64,000 nucleotides of DNA from an uncultured virus (IMG/VR IMGVR_UViG_3300050821_016519) (taxonomy: Duplodnaviria; Heunggongvirae; Uroviricota; Caudoviricetes): the IMG/VR virus record IMGVR_UViG_3300050821_016519; one strand, 5' to 3'. The notes under the pieces were generated by a model. It saw only the letters and a list, made by a program, of their open reading frames with translations, made no database searches and had not been told where the DNA came from. Within the stretch, counting starts at the first letter, position 1, and every line of letters starts with the position of its first letter. A program made the position numbers and the translations under genes. Shown in pieces: positions 10,140-19,198 of this stretch.

Positions 10140-10426
10140 AATACGTTCCGGAAAAGCACGAAGGGACGGCGGCAGAGCGAATTCGCGGGCTGGCCGGGGA
10201 AGCCAAAGACATCTGCCAAAGCGGCTTCATGCGGCTGCACGCCAAAGACCGCGAATTGAATCGTATCCAATCTGAGCTGAAAGCGCTGGGGGCCGAGATG
10301 CTGGAGGGAGCGCATGAGGACGAAGGATTCTTCCTCGTCGTCGAGCGCCATCTGGAGGGTTGCCAAGTCGGTCGCGACGGTGAATGCCGCTGTCCGCCGA
10401 TCGCGCGTTTTGAAAGCTGCTACTGA
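10109..10426 (+). CDS. Hypothetical protein
   Basis: Fills the gap between neighbours on the operon strand; start uncertain. Confidence 0.4.
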   Translation: MDFRTGESSLKYVPEKHEGTAAERIRGLAGEAKDICQSGFMRLHAKDRELNRIQSELKALGAEMLEGAHEDEGFFLVVERHLEGCQVGRDGECRCPPIARFESCY

Positions 10427-10429
10427 GCA

Positions 10430-10894
10430 ATGGCCTTCGGCAGCGAATCATTCGGCGGCGGGTATTTCGGCGAATACGCCCTCAGCTATTCCGTCGGCGG
10501 CAATGTCACCGTCGTCGTCAGCGGCGTCAGCGCCACCGGCAGCGTCGGCACCGTCACCGTCATCGTCCCGGTAATTCGCCCTCAAGCTGGCGGGGGAGCG
10601 CTGGGTGGCTGGTACGAGGAGCCCGAGCAGAACGATACCGGCATCCTCGGGCGTCTGGCCTTCACCCTCCGCGCCGCCGCCAGTTCGCAATCGCCCCGGC
10701 AGGATCATTTCGCCGATGCCACGCCTTCGCTCTTGCGCTTCAACTTCGGCGGACGCTCGGTCCAGATCACTGGAGCCCGGACCTTCGGGCGCTCGGCACG
10801 ATTGAGAATGGCGCTGGCTCTGCACGGTGACACTTCCTTCGAGGACCGCATCGCCCGACTCAAACGCGAGGACGAGCTGCTGTTGCTGGTCTGA
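10430..10894 (+). CDS. Small structural hypothetical protein
   Basis: MAFGSESFGGGYFG N-terminus and 'VSGVSATGSVG' typical of phage virion accessory proteins. Confidence 0.55.
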   Translation: MAFGSESFGGGYFGEYALSYSVGGNVTVVVSGVSATGSVGTVTVIVPVIRPQAGGGALGGWYEEPEQNDTGILGRLAFTLRAAASSQSPRQDHFADATPSLLRFNFGGRSVQITGARTFGRSARLRMALALHGDTSFEDRIARLKREDELLLLV

Positions 10895-11056
10895 GCCCGC
10901 TCGATCTGTCCGCCCGCAGCTTCGAGGCCGATCCGCTGCTGGCCCGGCGCTATCAGGATGACGAGGAATTGACGGCGCTGCTGGTCTGAACCGACTGCGC
11001 AACAGGCTCGAATAGACTAAGTTGGCCGGGGCATTCGTGCCGCTTACGGTCCATGT

Positions 11057-11845
11057 TCATCGTGACGGCCCGCGCCCAGCGTAGAAAAGTGGAGACATCC
11101 ATGTGACGTTTGGCCGGACGCAATTGGACATGAGATAGCCGAGATTATTGTTCACGCGATCGATGCCGTTGTGGACGTAAGGTCCGAAAGCCCTTCCGGT
11201 TTTACTAAAGCCAGCGGGTTCCGCGCCACAGTAATGACAATTCGACCGTGTGATCCGGTGAAACGTTTCTACGTCCAACTCGAATGCAAAGCCCTTCTTT
11301 AAGGCGGTGCGACGGCAGTTTCGGAAGGTTCTTCGCATTTCCGATTCGCCGAGACGCAGGCGGGATTTGGGAATCGTCCCCGTTTTGGCTTCCGAAGCCC
11401 GATGGCGCTGGAGGCATCCGCAGCTTTTAGCGTTCCCCGTGGTCAGCGACGACGTTTCGACAATCGTGGTGTTTCCACATTCGCATTGACAGAGCCACAT
11501 TCCGCGCGAAGCGCCGTTTGGTCTATTTTGGCCCCCTTTAAATCTTCGATAGCCATCGAACTTCATGACCCGAAGTCGCCCGAAGACCTTGCCGCGCAAA
11601 TCCTTCGTCGGAAGCACCTCGTCATTTTGATTCGTCGCCCGTTTGAAATGGGCTGAACCACGCAGGCATCCGCAACTCCGCGTTGTTCCGTTTCTCAGAG
11701 ATGCCGTGATGGTCGTCGCTTCTCCACCGCATTCGCAAGTGCAACGCCACAGACTGCGCCGTTTGCCGTTCATGAGCTTGGAGCCGAGAGATTCCGCGAC
11801 GGTCAAGCGCCCGAAATGATCGCCAAGTTTGATGAGGGGCTTCAA
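11057..11845 (-). CDS. HNH-family homing endonuclease-like protein, C-terminus apparently disrupted
   Basis: Two 'FGRL.V...W.C.CECG......L..G...SCGC' units, then CHYCG...NGIDRVNNNLGY..SNCV. The expected following Cys pair and Asn are absent. Confidence 0.7.
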   Translation of the reverse strand: MKPLIKLGDHFGRLTVAESLGSKLMNGKRRSLWRCTCECGGEATTITASLRNGTTRSCGCLRGSAHFKRATNQNDEVLPTKDLRGKVFGRLRVMKFDGYRRFKGGQNRPNGASRGMWLCQCECGNTTIVETSSLTTGNAKSCGCLQRHRASEAKTGTIPKSRLRLGESEMRRTFRNCRRTALKKGFAFELDVETFHRITRSNCHYCGAEPAGFSKTGRAFGPYVHNGIDRVNNNLGYLMSNCVRPNVTWMSPLFYAGRGPSR

Positions 11846-11994
11846 TTTGTTTTCTTCCTGTCCGGCGCAGCGCCGCCCCCGCGCGAGGTCAATCGCCAGA
11901 AAGACTTCTCGCGGCGAGGGACGGCGTGAATTGTGGATCGTGAACCTGGCGACTGACGCCGCCATTCTAACAACTTTTTCAAGGAAAACTCGCT

Positions 11995-13227
11995 GTGCCA
12001 GACGTAAATCCCGGAGAGTCTGAGAAATCCTTCGTGGCTCGGGCAATCCCTATCCTCTTGAAAGATGGCACCGCCAAGGACCAGGCCCAGGCCGCGGCTA
12101 TCGCGTATTCGATGTTCCGCAAGCACAACAAGAAAAAGGCCAAGCCCGCAGCGGCCGCCGCCAATGCCGCCGCGCTCAAAGGCCCCTTCGCCGCTCTCCG
12201 CGCTCCGACTGCGTATTCCGATTCCGGCGTCTCCGTCGATTTCGACAACGGGATCATCAAGAACGTCGCGCTCATCACCGAAGGCATCGCCCTGGGCAAG
12301 CCCTTCGACATCGACAAAACCACCGTCGAGCAAATCGTCGCCCTGGTCAACGCTTCCGCCGATGGGATCAAGTGCCGGTTCCGCCATCCCAACGTCAAGA
12401 CCTCCACCGACCCCGAAGGCAACGTGATTCAGGAAGTGGCGGACGACACCGGGACCATGGTGGGACGGATCAAGAATGGCAGGATCGCGACGGTGATGCA
12501 GGATGGCAAACCGGTGGCGCAGGGGAGAGGGGACGTGTTTTTGGGCGATTACGCGAGTGCAGTACCGGGCATGGGCGACGTGCGCGGCTACCTGCTGAAT
12601 TTCGCCAACGAGGACGCGGCCGGAATTGGGCTTAGCGCTTTTTTCCCGTACACCGTCGAACCGATCTTAGACAATTGGGGCGCAATACTTTCTAATCCCG
12701 CCCGCCCCGTTGGGCTTGAGGCTCTGGATTTCGTGGGCAAACCAGCGAGTAACCCCCGCGGCCTGCTCAGTGCCTCAGCCGTCCTCTACGACCCTCAGCC
12801 GCCCTCGGGCGCACCCAACTCCTCCGGCTGGCAGGAGCCCAAGCCCGCCGACAAAGCCAAGGCCCCCATCCCCGCCGGCACCCCTGATCCTCCAAGCTCC
12901 GACGCCGGCCGACCGCCCCGGCCCGCAGCGCCGCCTGAGGCGCCCGTCTTTCCTCACGACACCCGCGGGGCTTATCTGGGCCACATCGTCAAGCACGGCA
13001 TGCAGACCATGGGCTCTCTGGCCTCGCGATTCAACGGACGCTTGGAAGCGATGCGGGCGGGCTGTGAATGGCTGGCGGACAACGGCTATGCCAAACGGGT
13101 GATGGCCCACGGCGGAAGATCGACCGGGTATGAGGCCACGCCCAAGGGTAAAACCGCCATGGCCGCCAACGGCATCTGGCCCTCGCCCGGTGATCCCGTG
13201 CAGGCGCAGAGCACGCCGCGGAAATAA
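11995..13227 (+). CDS. Putative prohead (maturation) protease
   Basis: Directly upstream of the capsid gene; IIKNVALITEG.ALG...GIKCRFRHP...GIGLS...LDFVGKPASNPRGL pattern. Confidence 0.6.
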   Translation: MPDVNPGESEKSFVARAIPILLKDGTAKDQAQAAAIAYSMFRKHNKKKAKPAAAAANAAALKGPFAALRAPTAYSDSGVSVDFDNGIIKNVALITEGIALGKPFDIDKTTVEQIVALVNASADGIKCRFRHPNVKTSTDPEGNVIQEVADDTGTMVGRIKNGRIATVMQDGKPVAQGRGDVFLGDYASAVPGMGDVRGYLLNFANEDAAGIGLSAFFPYTVEPILDNWGAILSNPARPVGLEALDFVGKPASNPRGLLSASAVLYDPQPPSGAPNSSGWQEPKPADKAKAPIPAGTPDPPSSDAGRPPRPAAPPEAPVFPHDTRGAYLGHIVKHGMQTMGSLASRFNGRLEAMRAGCEWLADNGYAKRVMAHGGRSTGYEATPKGKTAMAANGIWPSPGDPVQAQSTPRK

Positions 13228-13470
13228 CAGGACATGGTGGTTCTGACGGTGAAAGCCCGTAAATGCAACGCAAGTCGGGCCTTAAATGGCCAGCAGTGCA
13301 GCCGGAATCGAAACGATTCTGCCGGTGATAACGAGCCCGTGGAAGCCGGCCGGGACCATCCCTCCTGTAAATTAAATTGGCTCCCTTGTGAAACGAACGG
13401 TGGACGCTTGGGCGCGTTAGTCGTCCGCCGTTTTCAGCGCTCGATCGGAGGAAACTCCGGTCGACGCTTT
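13228..13470 (+). ncRNA. Candidate structured RNA between the protease and capsid genes
   Basis: CAGGA/TCCTG closing stem, two related half-domains and further hairpins including a GAAA tetraloop (see findings). Confidence 0.5.
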
Positions 13471-13478
13471 AACCCCCT

Positions 13479-13597
13479 GGTCATTTGTCACTTGTCACTG
13501 GTCACTTGCCAGGGCCGCGCGCCCAAGGGCCTCCCATCCGCGATTGATCGCGGATGGGAACCCTAAACAAATGACCAGTGACCAATGACGAGTGACC
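13479..13597. repeat. Heptamer-arm inverted repeat element (copy 1) with nested palindrome
   Basis: (GTCAYTK)n ... (ARTGACM)n arms; internal CCCATCCGCGAT-TG-ATCGCGGATGGG. Confidence 0.85.
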
Positions 13598-13689
13598 TCC
13601 CCCACCAGCTCTTGAAAACGGCGGTGCATGGACTCGGCGCGTTGCCGGGTCGCAGTTCGTTCTCCCTCTCCATTTTTGAAGGAGTGCAT

Positions 13690-15483
13690 ATGCACCCCCA
13701 TCTCAAGTCACTTCTCGTGGCGAACGGCTGCGACGCCGATGCCTCAGATGATGACGCCAAGTCCTATTACGACGGCCTGTCGGCCGACAAACGCGCCGAC
13801 ATCGACGCCAAGCTCGCGCGCATGATGGACGGCGACGGCGGCGATACCGGCCTGCACGCCGGCCCGCCCGTTCCCGGCCAGCCCTCCGTCGCCGGCAACT
13901 CCGGCGATTCCGGCGCCGCTGGCGCATTGCCCGGCCAGGGCGTGGCCGTCCCCGCCACCGGCATGAGCCAGGAGCAGATCATCAAGCTGGCCACCGAGGC
14001 CGCGATCGCCGCACTGGGCGCCGCCACCGGCGCCAAACTCCCCCAGGGCCAGCGCATGCAAGCGCCGGCGGCCGGCGGTGTCGCCGCCAAGCTGGACGAT
14101 GCCGACAACGACAACGCGGCATTGGATTTCGAGGCAAAAAGAGTGGCCCGCATCCGCAAACTGGCCGCCCTGCACGCCGTTCCCGATGCCTATGCCAATA
14201 CGGTGATCGCGGAAAACGGCACCTTCGAGCAGGCCCGGATGGCCATCCTGCGCTACGTGCACGAGTCGGCCAAGCCGCTCCTGAGCGTGAAGGTGGGCGA
14301 GGACAAGAACCTCGCCAGCCTGCGCGCCGCCATGCCGCAGGCCATCGTGCTCCGCGCCGGACTGGCGGCCGAGCAGATCATCAAATACGAGGGCAAGATC
14401 CTCGATCGGGCCAAGGAACTGCGCGAGCTGTCCATGCTCGACATGTTCCGGCATTACCTGGCGTCCCTTGGATTCACCGAGGTCTACGGCTACTCCAAGA
14501 CCCGCCTGGCCGATTGCCTGGGCCCGCGCCGCATGCGGCAAGCCTTCCCGCGCATGGCGGCGTTGGCGGAATCCACCCCGGATTTCGGCAACATCACGCT
14601 CGACGCGATCAACAAAAGTTTGCGCTTCAACTATCTGGACGCCAAGCGGACCTGGCCCGCCTGGGCGGAGAAGCGCTTCAACCCGGACTTCAAGAACATC
14701 AATCGGGTTGTCCTGTCGGAAGCCCCGAACATGGTCGCGGCCAACGAAGCCGGCGAAATGCAGTACGTCCAGCTCCAGGACTCGAAAGAGACCTACGTGC
14801 TGGTCACGTACAAAGCTGGTGTCCGTTTAACGCGCAACGCCATCATTAACGACGACTTGGATGCTTTTAGCGCAATTCCCAGGGCGCAGGCCAATTCCGC
14901 CGCCCGTAAGGAAGACGACGTGGCCTACGCCGTCATCACCGGCAACGCCAACATGGCCGACGGCAACGCCATCTTCTCCGCCGCCCACAGCAACCTCACC
15001 ACCGCCGGTTCGGGCGGCGTGCCCAGCGTGCTCCAGCTTCAAATCGGCTCGACGGCGATGAAGAAGCAGAAAGGTCTGGCCGGTGCGGCCCGCCTTGAAT
15101 TGGAGCCCAAGTTCCTCCTGGTCCCCTCCTCGATCGAGGAGCAGACCAAGGAACTGATCGGTTCCCGGACCCTGATCGCCAGCCAGTCGTCGTCGGCTGC
15201 GGTGCCGCAGACGGTGGGCGATTTCAACCCCTACAACAACCGCTACCAGGTGGTCGGGAGCGTCCGTCTGGACGATGCCGACACGCAAGCCTGGTTCCTG
15301 GTGGCCGATTTCCGCGACGGACAGGTCAACACCATCGAACTCAGCTTCCTGACCGACGAGCCCGAGCCCGTCATCCGCCAGGAGACCGACTTCGACACCG
15401 AGGACGTGAAATACCTGGTGCGCCATACGGTTGCCGGAAAGGCCATCGACTTCCGCGGCGTCTACAAGAACGCCGGGCATTAA
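13690..15483 (+). CDS. Major capsid protein (Mu gpT-like) with N-terminal scaffold region
   Basis: GAAGGAG RBS; STPDF...INKSLR, PDFK, LTRNAIINDDLDAF, LEPKFLLVP, AWFLVAD, IDFRGVYKNAG. Confidence 0.9.
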   Translation: MHPHLKSLLVANGCDADASDDDAKSYYDGLSADKRADIDAKLARMMDGDGGDTGLHAGPPVPGQPSVAGNSGDSGAAGALPGQGVAVPATGMSQEQIIKLATEAAIAALGAATGAKLPQGQRMQAPAAGGVAAKLDDADNDNAALDFEAKRVARIRKLAALHAVPDAYANTVIAENGTFEQARMAILRYVHESAKPLLSVKVGEDKNLASLRAAMPQAIVLRAGLAAEQIIKYEGKILDRAKELRELSMLDMFRHYLASLGFTEVYGYSKTRLADCLGPRRMRQAFPRMAALAESTPDFGNITLDAINKSLRFNYLDAKRTWPAWAEKRFNPDFKNINRVVLSEAPNMVAANEAGEMQYVQLQDSKETYVLVTYKAGVRLTRNAIINDDLDAFSAIPRAQANSAARKEDDVAYAVITGNANMADGNAIFSAAHSNLTTAGSGGVPSVLQLQIGSTAMKKQKGLAGAARLELEPKFLLVPSSIEEQTKELIGSRTLIASQSSSAAVPQTVGDFNPYNNRYQVVGSVRLDDADTQAWFLVADFRDGQVNTIELSFLTDEPEPVIRQETDFDTEDVKYLVRHTVAGKAIDFRGVYKNAGH

Positions 15484-15486
15484 AGC

Positions 15487-15558
15487 GGTCATTTGTCACT
15501 TGTCATTTGTCATTGGTCAGCGGTCATTCCAAGTGACCAATGACAAGTGACCAGTGAC
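15487..15558. repeat. Heptamer-arm inverted repeat element (copy 2)
   Basis: GGTCATTTGTCACTTGTCATTTGTCATTGG ... CCAAGTGACCAATGACAAGTGACCAGTGAC. Confidence 0.85.
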
Positions 15559-15600
15559 TCCCCTCCTCTTTCCCTCAAACACAAAAAGCGAGAAACAGTC

Positions 15601-15960
15601 ATGATCGTCGGATTCAAACGTGGCAATCGTTACACCTACACCAACAACACCGGGGTGGCGATCGCGAGCAGCCAGCTCCAGATCCTCTCCCCCGGTCCCA
15701 CCACCGGCTTTGTCGGCATCGCCATTACCTCGATCGCTATCGGGGCCTCGGGCGAGCTGGCCATCGGCGGCGGCGACGAGCGCGTCGTCTCCCCCATCGC
15801 CAAAAGAGTCGGCGAAGCCTTCACGGACGGGCAGATCCTCTACTGGGACCCGTTCAATCTGTGGCTTACCGGCACCTCGGGGACCAACACCCGCTGCGGC
15901 CGGTCCTACGGCGTGTTCAACTCCGCCGCCACCACGGCGGCCCTGATCCTCAACGCCTGA
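15601..15960 (+). CDS. DUF2190-like capsid decoration/cement protein
   Basis: Follows the capsid gene; FVGIAITSIAIGASGELAI...AFTDGQILYWD pattern. Confidence 0.75.
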   Translation: MIVGFKRGNRYTYTNNTGVAIASSQLQILSPGPTTGFVGIAITSIAIGASGELAIGGGDERVVSPIAKRVGEAFTDGQILYWDPFNLWLTGTSGTNTRCGRSYGVFNSAATTAALILNA

Positions 15961-15965
15961 TTATT

Positions 15966-16043
15966 GGTCATGGGTCATTTGTCATTGGTCACTTGCCAGA
16001 GGGCGCGCGCCCAACAAGTGACCAGTGACAAGTGACAAGTGAC
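15966..16043. repeat. Heptamer-arm inverted repeat element (copy 3)
   Basis: Arms as in copies 1-2; core CTTGCCAGAGGGCGCGCGCCCAACAAG. Confidence 0.85.
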
Positions 16044-16074
16044 TCTCCCTCCTCCCCTCCTCCCGAGATTTATC

Positions 16075-16374
16075 ATGTACTCAAGCGGCACCATCGGCAT
16101 CAGCTCCAACGGCGCGACCCCGGTCACGCTCATCAAAATGCCGTCCTCCTCGGCGATGTACAACCACGTCATCATCTGGAACAACTCCACGACCGCCGAC
16201 GGGTTTTTCTCGCTCGATGGGGGCAACACCTGGGCCTACATCCCCAAGAGCACGGCGAACATCACGCAGTACGCCGAGAGCTGGGAGGAGCACAACAACA
16301 ACGTCCTCATCAAGGCCAGCGTCAACGGCGACATGACCAGCGTGTTCGGGTTTGCCGAGTGGGTCAAAATTTGA
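16075..16374 (+). CDS. Small structural hypothetical protein
   Basis: Beta-rich 99-aa ORF with FSLDGGNTW motif. Confidence 0.6.
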   Translation: MYSSGTIGISSNGATPVTLIKMPSSSAMYNHVIIWNNSTTADGFFSLDGGNTWAYIPKSTANITQYAESWEEHNNNVLIKASVNGDMTSVFGFAEWVKI

Positions 16375-16412
16375 GACGCGGTGACGCGAAGACGCGGGGA
16401 CACGGAGACAAG

Positions 16413-17024
16413 TTGCATCCGCTTTACGTCAGCTTCTATACGCCGCTGTACGAGGCCCATGCCGGGGGGCTGATCGAGACGCTGTCGCGCTTCGAGCTGG
16501 AGCATGAAGTTCTGCCTCTGGGAGATCGCGGCGGCTGGGTGGTCAACACGCAGCAGAAGGCGTGGTTCCTGGGGCTGACGATGTTTTCCCATCCCCGTCG
16601 GCCAGTCGTCTGGCTCGACGCCGATTCACGGGTCCGGAAATATCCCGAGCTGTTTGAAATCTGGGCGCAGCGCGAAGCGCTCAAACAGATGGGGCACGAT
16701 CTGGGACCGCTGCCGGCGCCGGACTTTGCGGCGCATTGGAAGGCCAGGCCCGCGCCGCTTGGCGGGACGGAACTCTTGAGCGGGACGCTGTATTTCTCAG
16801 GAGGGAAGGCGTCGATCGAGCTGGTGGAAGACTGGCGGGAGAGATGCGAGAGTCATCCCGATGATTACGACCAGCTCTCCCTGGAGAACGTGGTCAAGGA
16901 ACATCCGCACCTGGCCGTGATGCAATTGCCCTCCGCCTATACCTGTATCTTCGATGCCGAGCCGTCGATGGGACCGCCAGTAGTGGAACATCTCCAAGCG
17001 AGTCGGAAGTACCGCGGAAGTTGA
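16413..17024 (+). CDS. Nucleotide-diphospho-sugar transferase (GT-A)
   Basis: SFYT..Y, VVWLDADS (DxD), LLSGTLYF, DQLSL, EHLQASR; TTG start inferred. Confidence 0.8.
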   Translation: MHPLYVSFYTPLYEAHAGGLIETLSRFELEHEVLPLGDRGGWVVNTQQKAWFLGLTMFSHPRRPVVWLDADSRVRKYPELFEIWAQREALKQMGHDLGPLPAPDFAAHWKARPAPLGGTELLSGTLYFSGGKASIELVEDWRERCESHPDDYDQLSLENVVKEHPHLAVMQLPSAYTCIFDAEPSMGPPVVEHLQASRKYRGS

Positions 17025-17058
17025 GCCGTTTCAATTCTGCGGCTTGGCGGTTTCTCGT

Positions 17059-17412
17059 TCATCGGCTCAGCCTCTGCGAATTGCGTCTAATAACGACGGC
17101 AGCGTTCACTCGCATATGCGATCCGCCGCTGCAATAGTTCGCCTGCGGGTGGAGAAGATTGTCGAAAGCGTCCAACAGGTTTTTAATCGTCGGCGGATCG
17201 CCCCAATCCTTCGCGTTTATCTGCATGATCCAATCGAGAATCCCGGCGCTGGAATTAATTAGCTCAAGATCGATCTCGTACCCCTCCCCTTCGTGAGTCA
17301 AGGTTAAGCGCGAAGGATCGAATTTCCATTCGCCCCACTGCGTTCTGTGCTCCTCCTTTTTCGCGATGTCGATGAGCTGTCTGACCGTGAATCCCTCAAT
17401 TGGCTCATTCAT
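17059..17412 (-). CDS. Hypothetical protein (antisense insert)
   Basis: 117-aa ORF with natural composition (YEIDLE..NSSAGILDWIMQI). Confidence 0.65.
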   Translation of the reverse strand: MNEPIEGFTVRQLIDIAKKEEHRTQWGEWKFDPSRLTLTHEGEGYEIDLELINSSAGILDWIMQINAKDWGDPPTIKNLLDAFDNLLHPQANYCSGGSHMRVNAAVVIRRNSQRLSR

Positions 17413-17687
17413 GTGCGCTCCGTAAAGTTTCCGGAATTGTCCCCATCCTTGGGCGTGCGGATGAGTTCAATACCAACAATCGCGCAATCATCGGGCCGCG
17501 GGTAGGCGTCTACTTTGCGAAGGAATCTCTCGATCTCGGGCAGTTCGACATCGAAAGTTTTGAACGTCGTCACAATGCCTCCGGAGTTCTCCTCGGGCCA
17601 TATTCGGCTGTTGAATATCAATCTCAGCATCTTTTCACTCCCCGTCGCCGGACCCCGACAGGACCGCAGGAAGGCTGCGAGGCGCAT
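17409..17687 (-). CDS. Hypothetical protein (antisense insert)
   Basis: ATGA-coupled to 17059-17412; start uncertain. Confidence 0.5.
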   Translation of the reverse strand: MRLAAFLRSCRGPATGSEKMLRLIFNSRIWPEENSGGIVTTFKTFDVELPEIERFLRKVDAYPRPDDCAIVGIELIRTPKDGDNSGNFTERT

Positions 17688-17795
17688 CTTGCGACCGCTG
17701 CCGGGGGCCAGAGACGGAATTAGAAGATTTGGACATGGATGCGCCTCGCTGGGCGCGAACGATAACCGCGCCGGAATCGCCCTTCAAGAGAAATC

Positions 17796-18485
17796 GTGTC
17801 CCCCTTCGTCGCTTTCCCCAGCGCCAAGTCCGCCTCGGACTGCGATCCCGTCCTCTGTGCCTGGCGGGACAAGGGCTGGAAGTGCGCTGTCTTCCGCGAT
17901 GAAGGCATGGAGCGGGTCGGCGCCGAATACGTCCTCTGGGGTGCCTACGAAGGTTATCCCAAAGCGACCAACGCCCTGTGCCGCTTCCTCTTGGAGGAGG
18001 AATTCGACCTCCAGTGGATCTGCTGTGCCGGCGACGATATGTATCCCCCGGACCTGCCCGCCTGCCGGATTGCCCATGAGTGTACCGCCCATTTTGGCCA
18101 CGGGGCTTTAGGTGTGATGCAGTGCACCGGCGAATCGGGTTCTGAGCGCATCTGCGGTTCGCCCCTGCTGAGCCGCGGGTTCATCCTGAGATTCAACCGC
18201 GGCGCTGGAGCGTTCTGGCCGGGATACAACCATTACTTCGCGGATGAGGAATTGCACGATGTCACCCTCACCCCCTCGCCCCCTCACCCCCTCTCCCCCT
18301 CTCCCGTTTCTCCTCTCCTCTGGCAGCGCCCGGACCTGACCATCCGGCACGAGCACTATTCGCGCACGGGACAGCCCCAGCCGCTTTACATGCACAAGGC
18401 GACGGCGCGGTGGGGACACGATCAGGCCCTGTTTCTGGCGCGGAAGGCGGGAGGATTTCCGGGGTGTGAACCGCTGGCGGCATGA
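17796..18485 (+). CDS. GT-A glycosyltransferase-like protein
   Basis: GYPKATNAL, CCAGDDMYP, YNHYFADEEL, IRHEH; carries an in-frame repeat insertion. Confidence 0.7.
   Translation: MSPFVAFPSAKSASDCDPVLCAWRDKGWKCAVFRDEGMERVGAEYVLWGAYEGYPKATNALCRFLLEEEFDLQWICCAGDDMYPPDLPACRIAHECTAHFGHGALGVMQCTGESGSERICGSPLLSRGFILRFNRGAGAFWPGYNHYFADEELHDVTLTPSPPHPLSPSPVSPLLWQRPDLTIRHEHYSRTGQPQPLYMHKATARWGHDQALFLARKAGGFPGCEPLAA
18265..18320. repeat. Pyrimidine-rich octamer repeat inserted in frame
   Basis: CCCTCACCCCCTCGCCCCCTCACCCCCTCTCCCCCTCTCC encodes TPSPPHPLSPSP. Confidence 0.75.
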
Positions 18486-19198
18486 AAACATGGATCGCTG
18501 TTGGGCTGCTGACCTCCATCTTCTGCGCCGATTCCCACGGGGGGACGAATGCCGACGACGTTCTGCTCTACCGCGATCAGGGGCGATTGCACCTGTTCAC
18601 CACCGACGGCCGCTGCGATACGACGATCCGACTCGGGAACGATTCCGTCTGGCTCTACGAGAACGACCGCGAGCTGGGCATCCGCTGCACCATCGATCTG
18701 ACGCACACGCCCTGGTGGCTCTACGCGGAAATCCGCCAGGAGCGGGGGCAGGGGGCGCGCGATGGGCTGATTCTCGTCCACGAATGGGCCGGACCGGGCG
18801 ACAATCCCCTGGTCTACGACCACACGCGGAAATATCACGACCTGCCGAGCGCCTGGCGCGATCCCGCGGTGGCCAATGCCATCGCACCGATGCTGGCCCG
18901 GATCGGGCAGAACCCGCAGATTCCTTCGCTGGCGGACGTGCTGGCCCTGATCGAGGGTGAAGCGCCGATCAGCGCCGGGGAACGCCTCATCGTCCGCGGA
19001 CTGATCCGCCAACTCGCCATCCCCGCTCAGCGCAAAAGCGCCATCCGATCCCTGCGCCTCTGCCGGCGCTTACTGCATCAGGCGACTTCGGGAATGGACC
19101 TGAGCATCGATGAACGAACCACCGTCGAAGCGATCGAATCGACCGACTGGATTCATGCCAGCGCGGGGCTGCTGTTGATGATCGAGTTCATGCAATGA
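18482..19198 (+). CDS. Hypothetical protein with signal-peptide-like N-terminus
   Basis: MKTWIAVGLLTSIFCA; coupled on both sides. Confidence 0.6.
   Translation: MKTWIAVGLLTSIFCADSHGGTNADDVLLYRDQGRLHLFTTDGRCDTTIRLGNDSVWLYENDRELGIRCTIDLTHTPWWLYAEIRQERGQGARDGLILVHEWAGPGDNPLVYDHTRKYHDLPSAWRDPAVANAIAPMLARIGQNPQIPSLADVLALIEGEAPISAGERLIVRGLIRQLAIPAQRKSAIRSLRLCRRLLHQATSGMDLSIDERTTVEAIESTDWIHASAGLLLMIEFMQ

Noticed and set aside
13228..13370. tRNA, tmRNA or a canonical hammerhead/twister call
   Set aside because: No cloverleaf, T-arm or CCA and no CUGANGA core. The twister catalytic loop residues do not match, so it is kept only as a candidate RNA.
13479..16043. CRISPR array suggested by recurring GTCA-rich repeats
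   Set aside because: The units are 7-bp tandem and inverted arms with no constant repeat plus unique spacers, and no cas genes are present.
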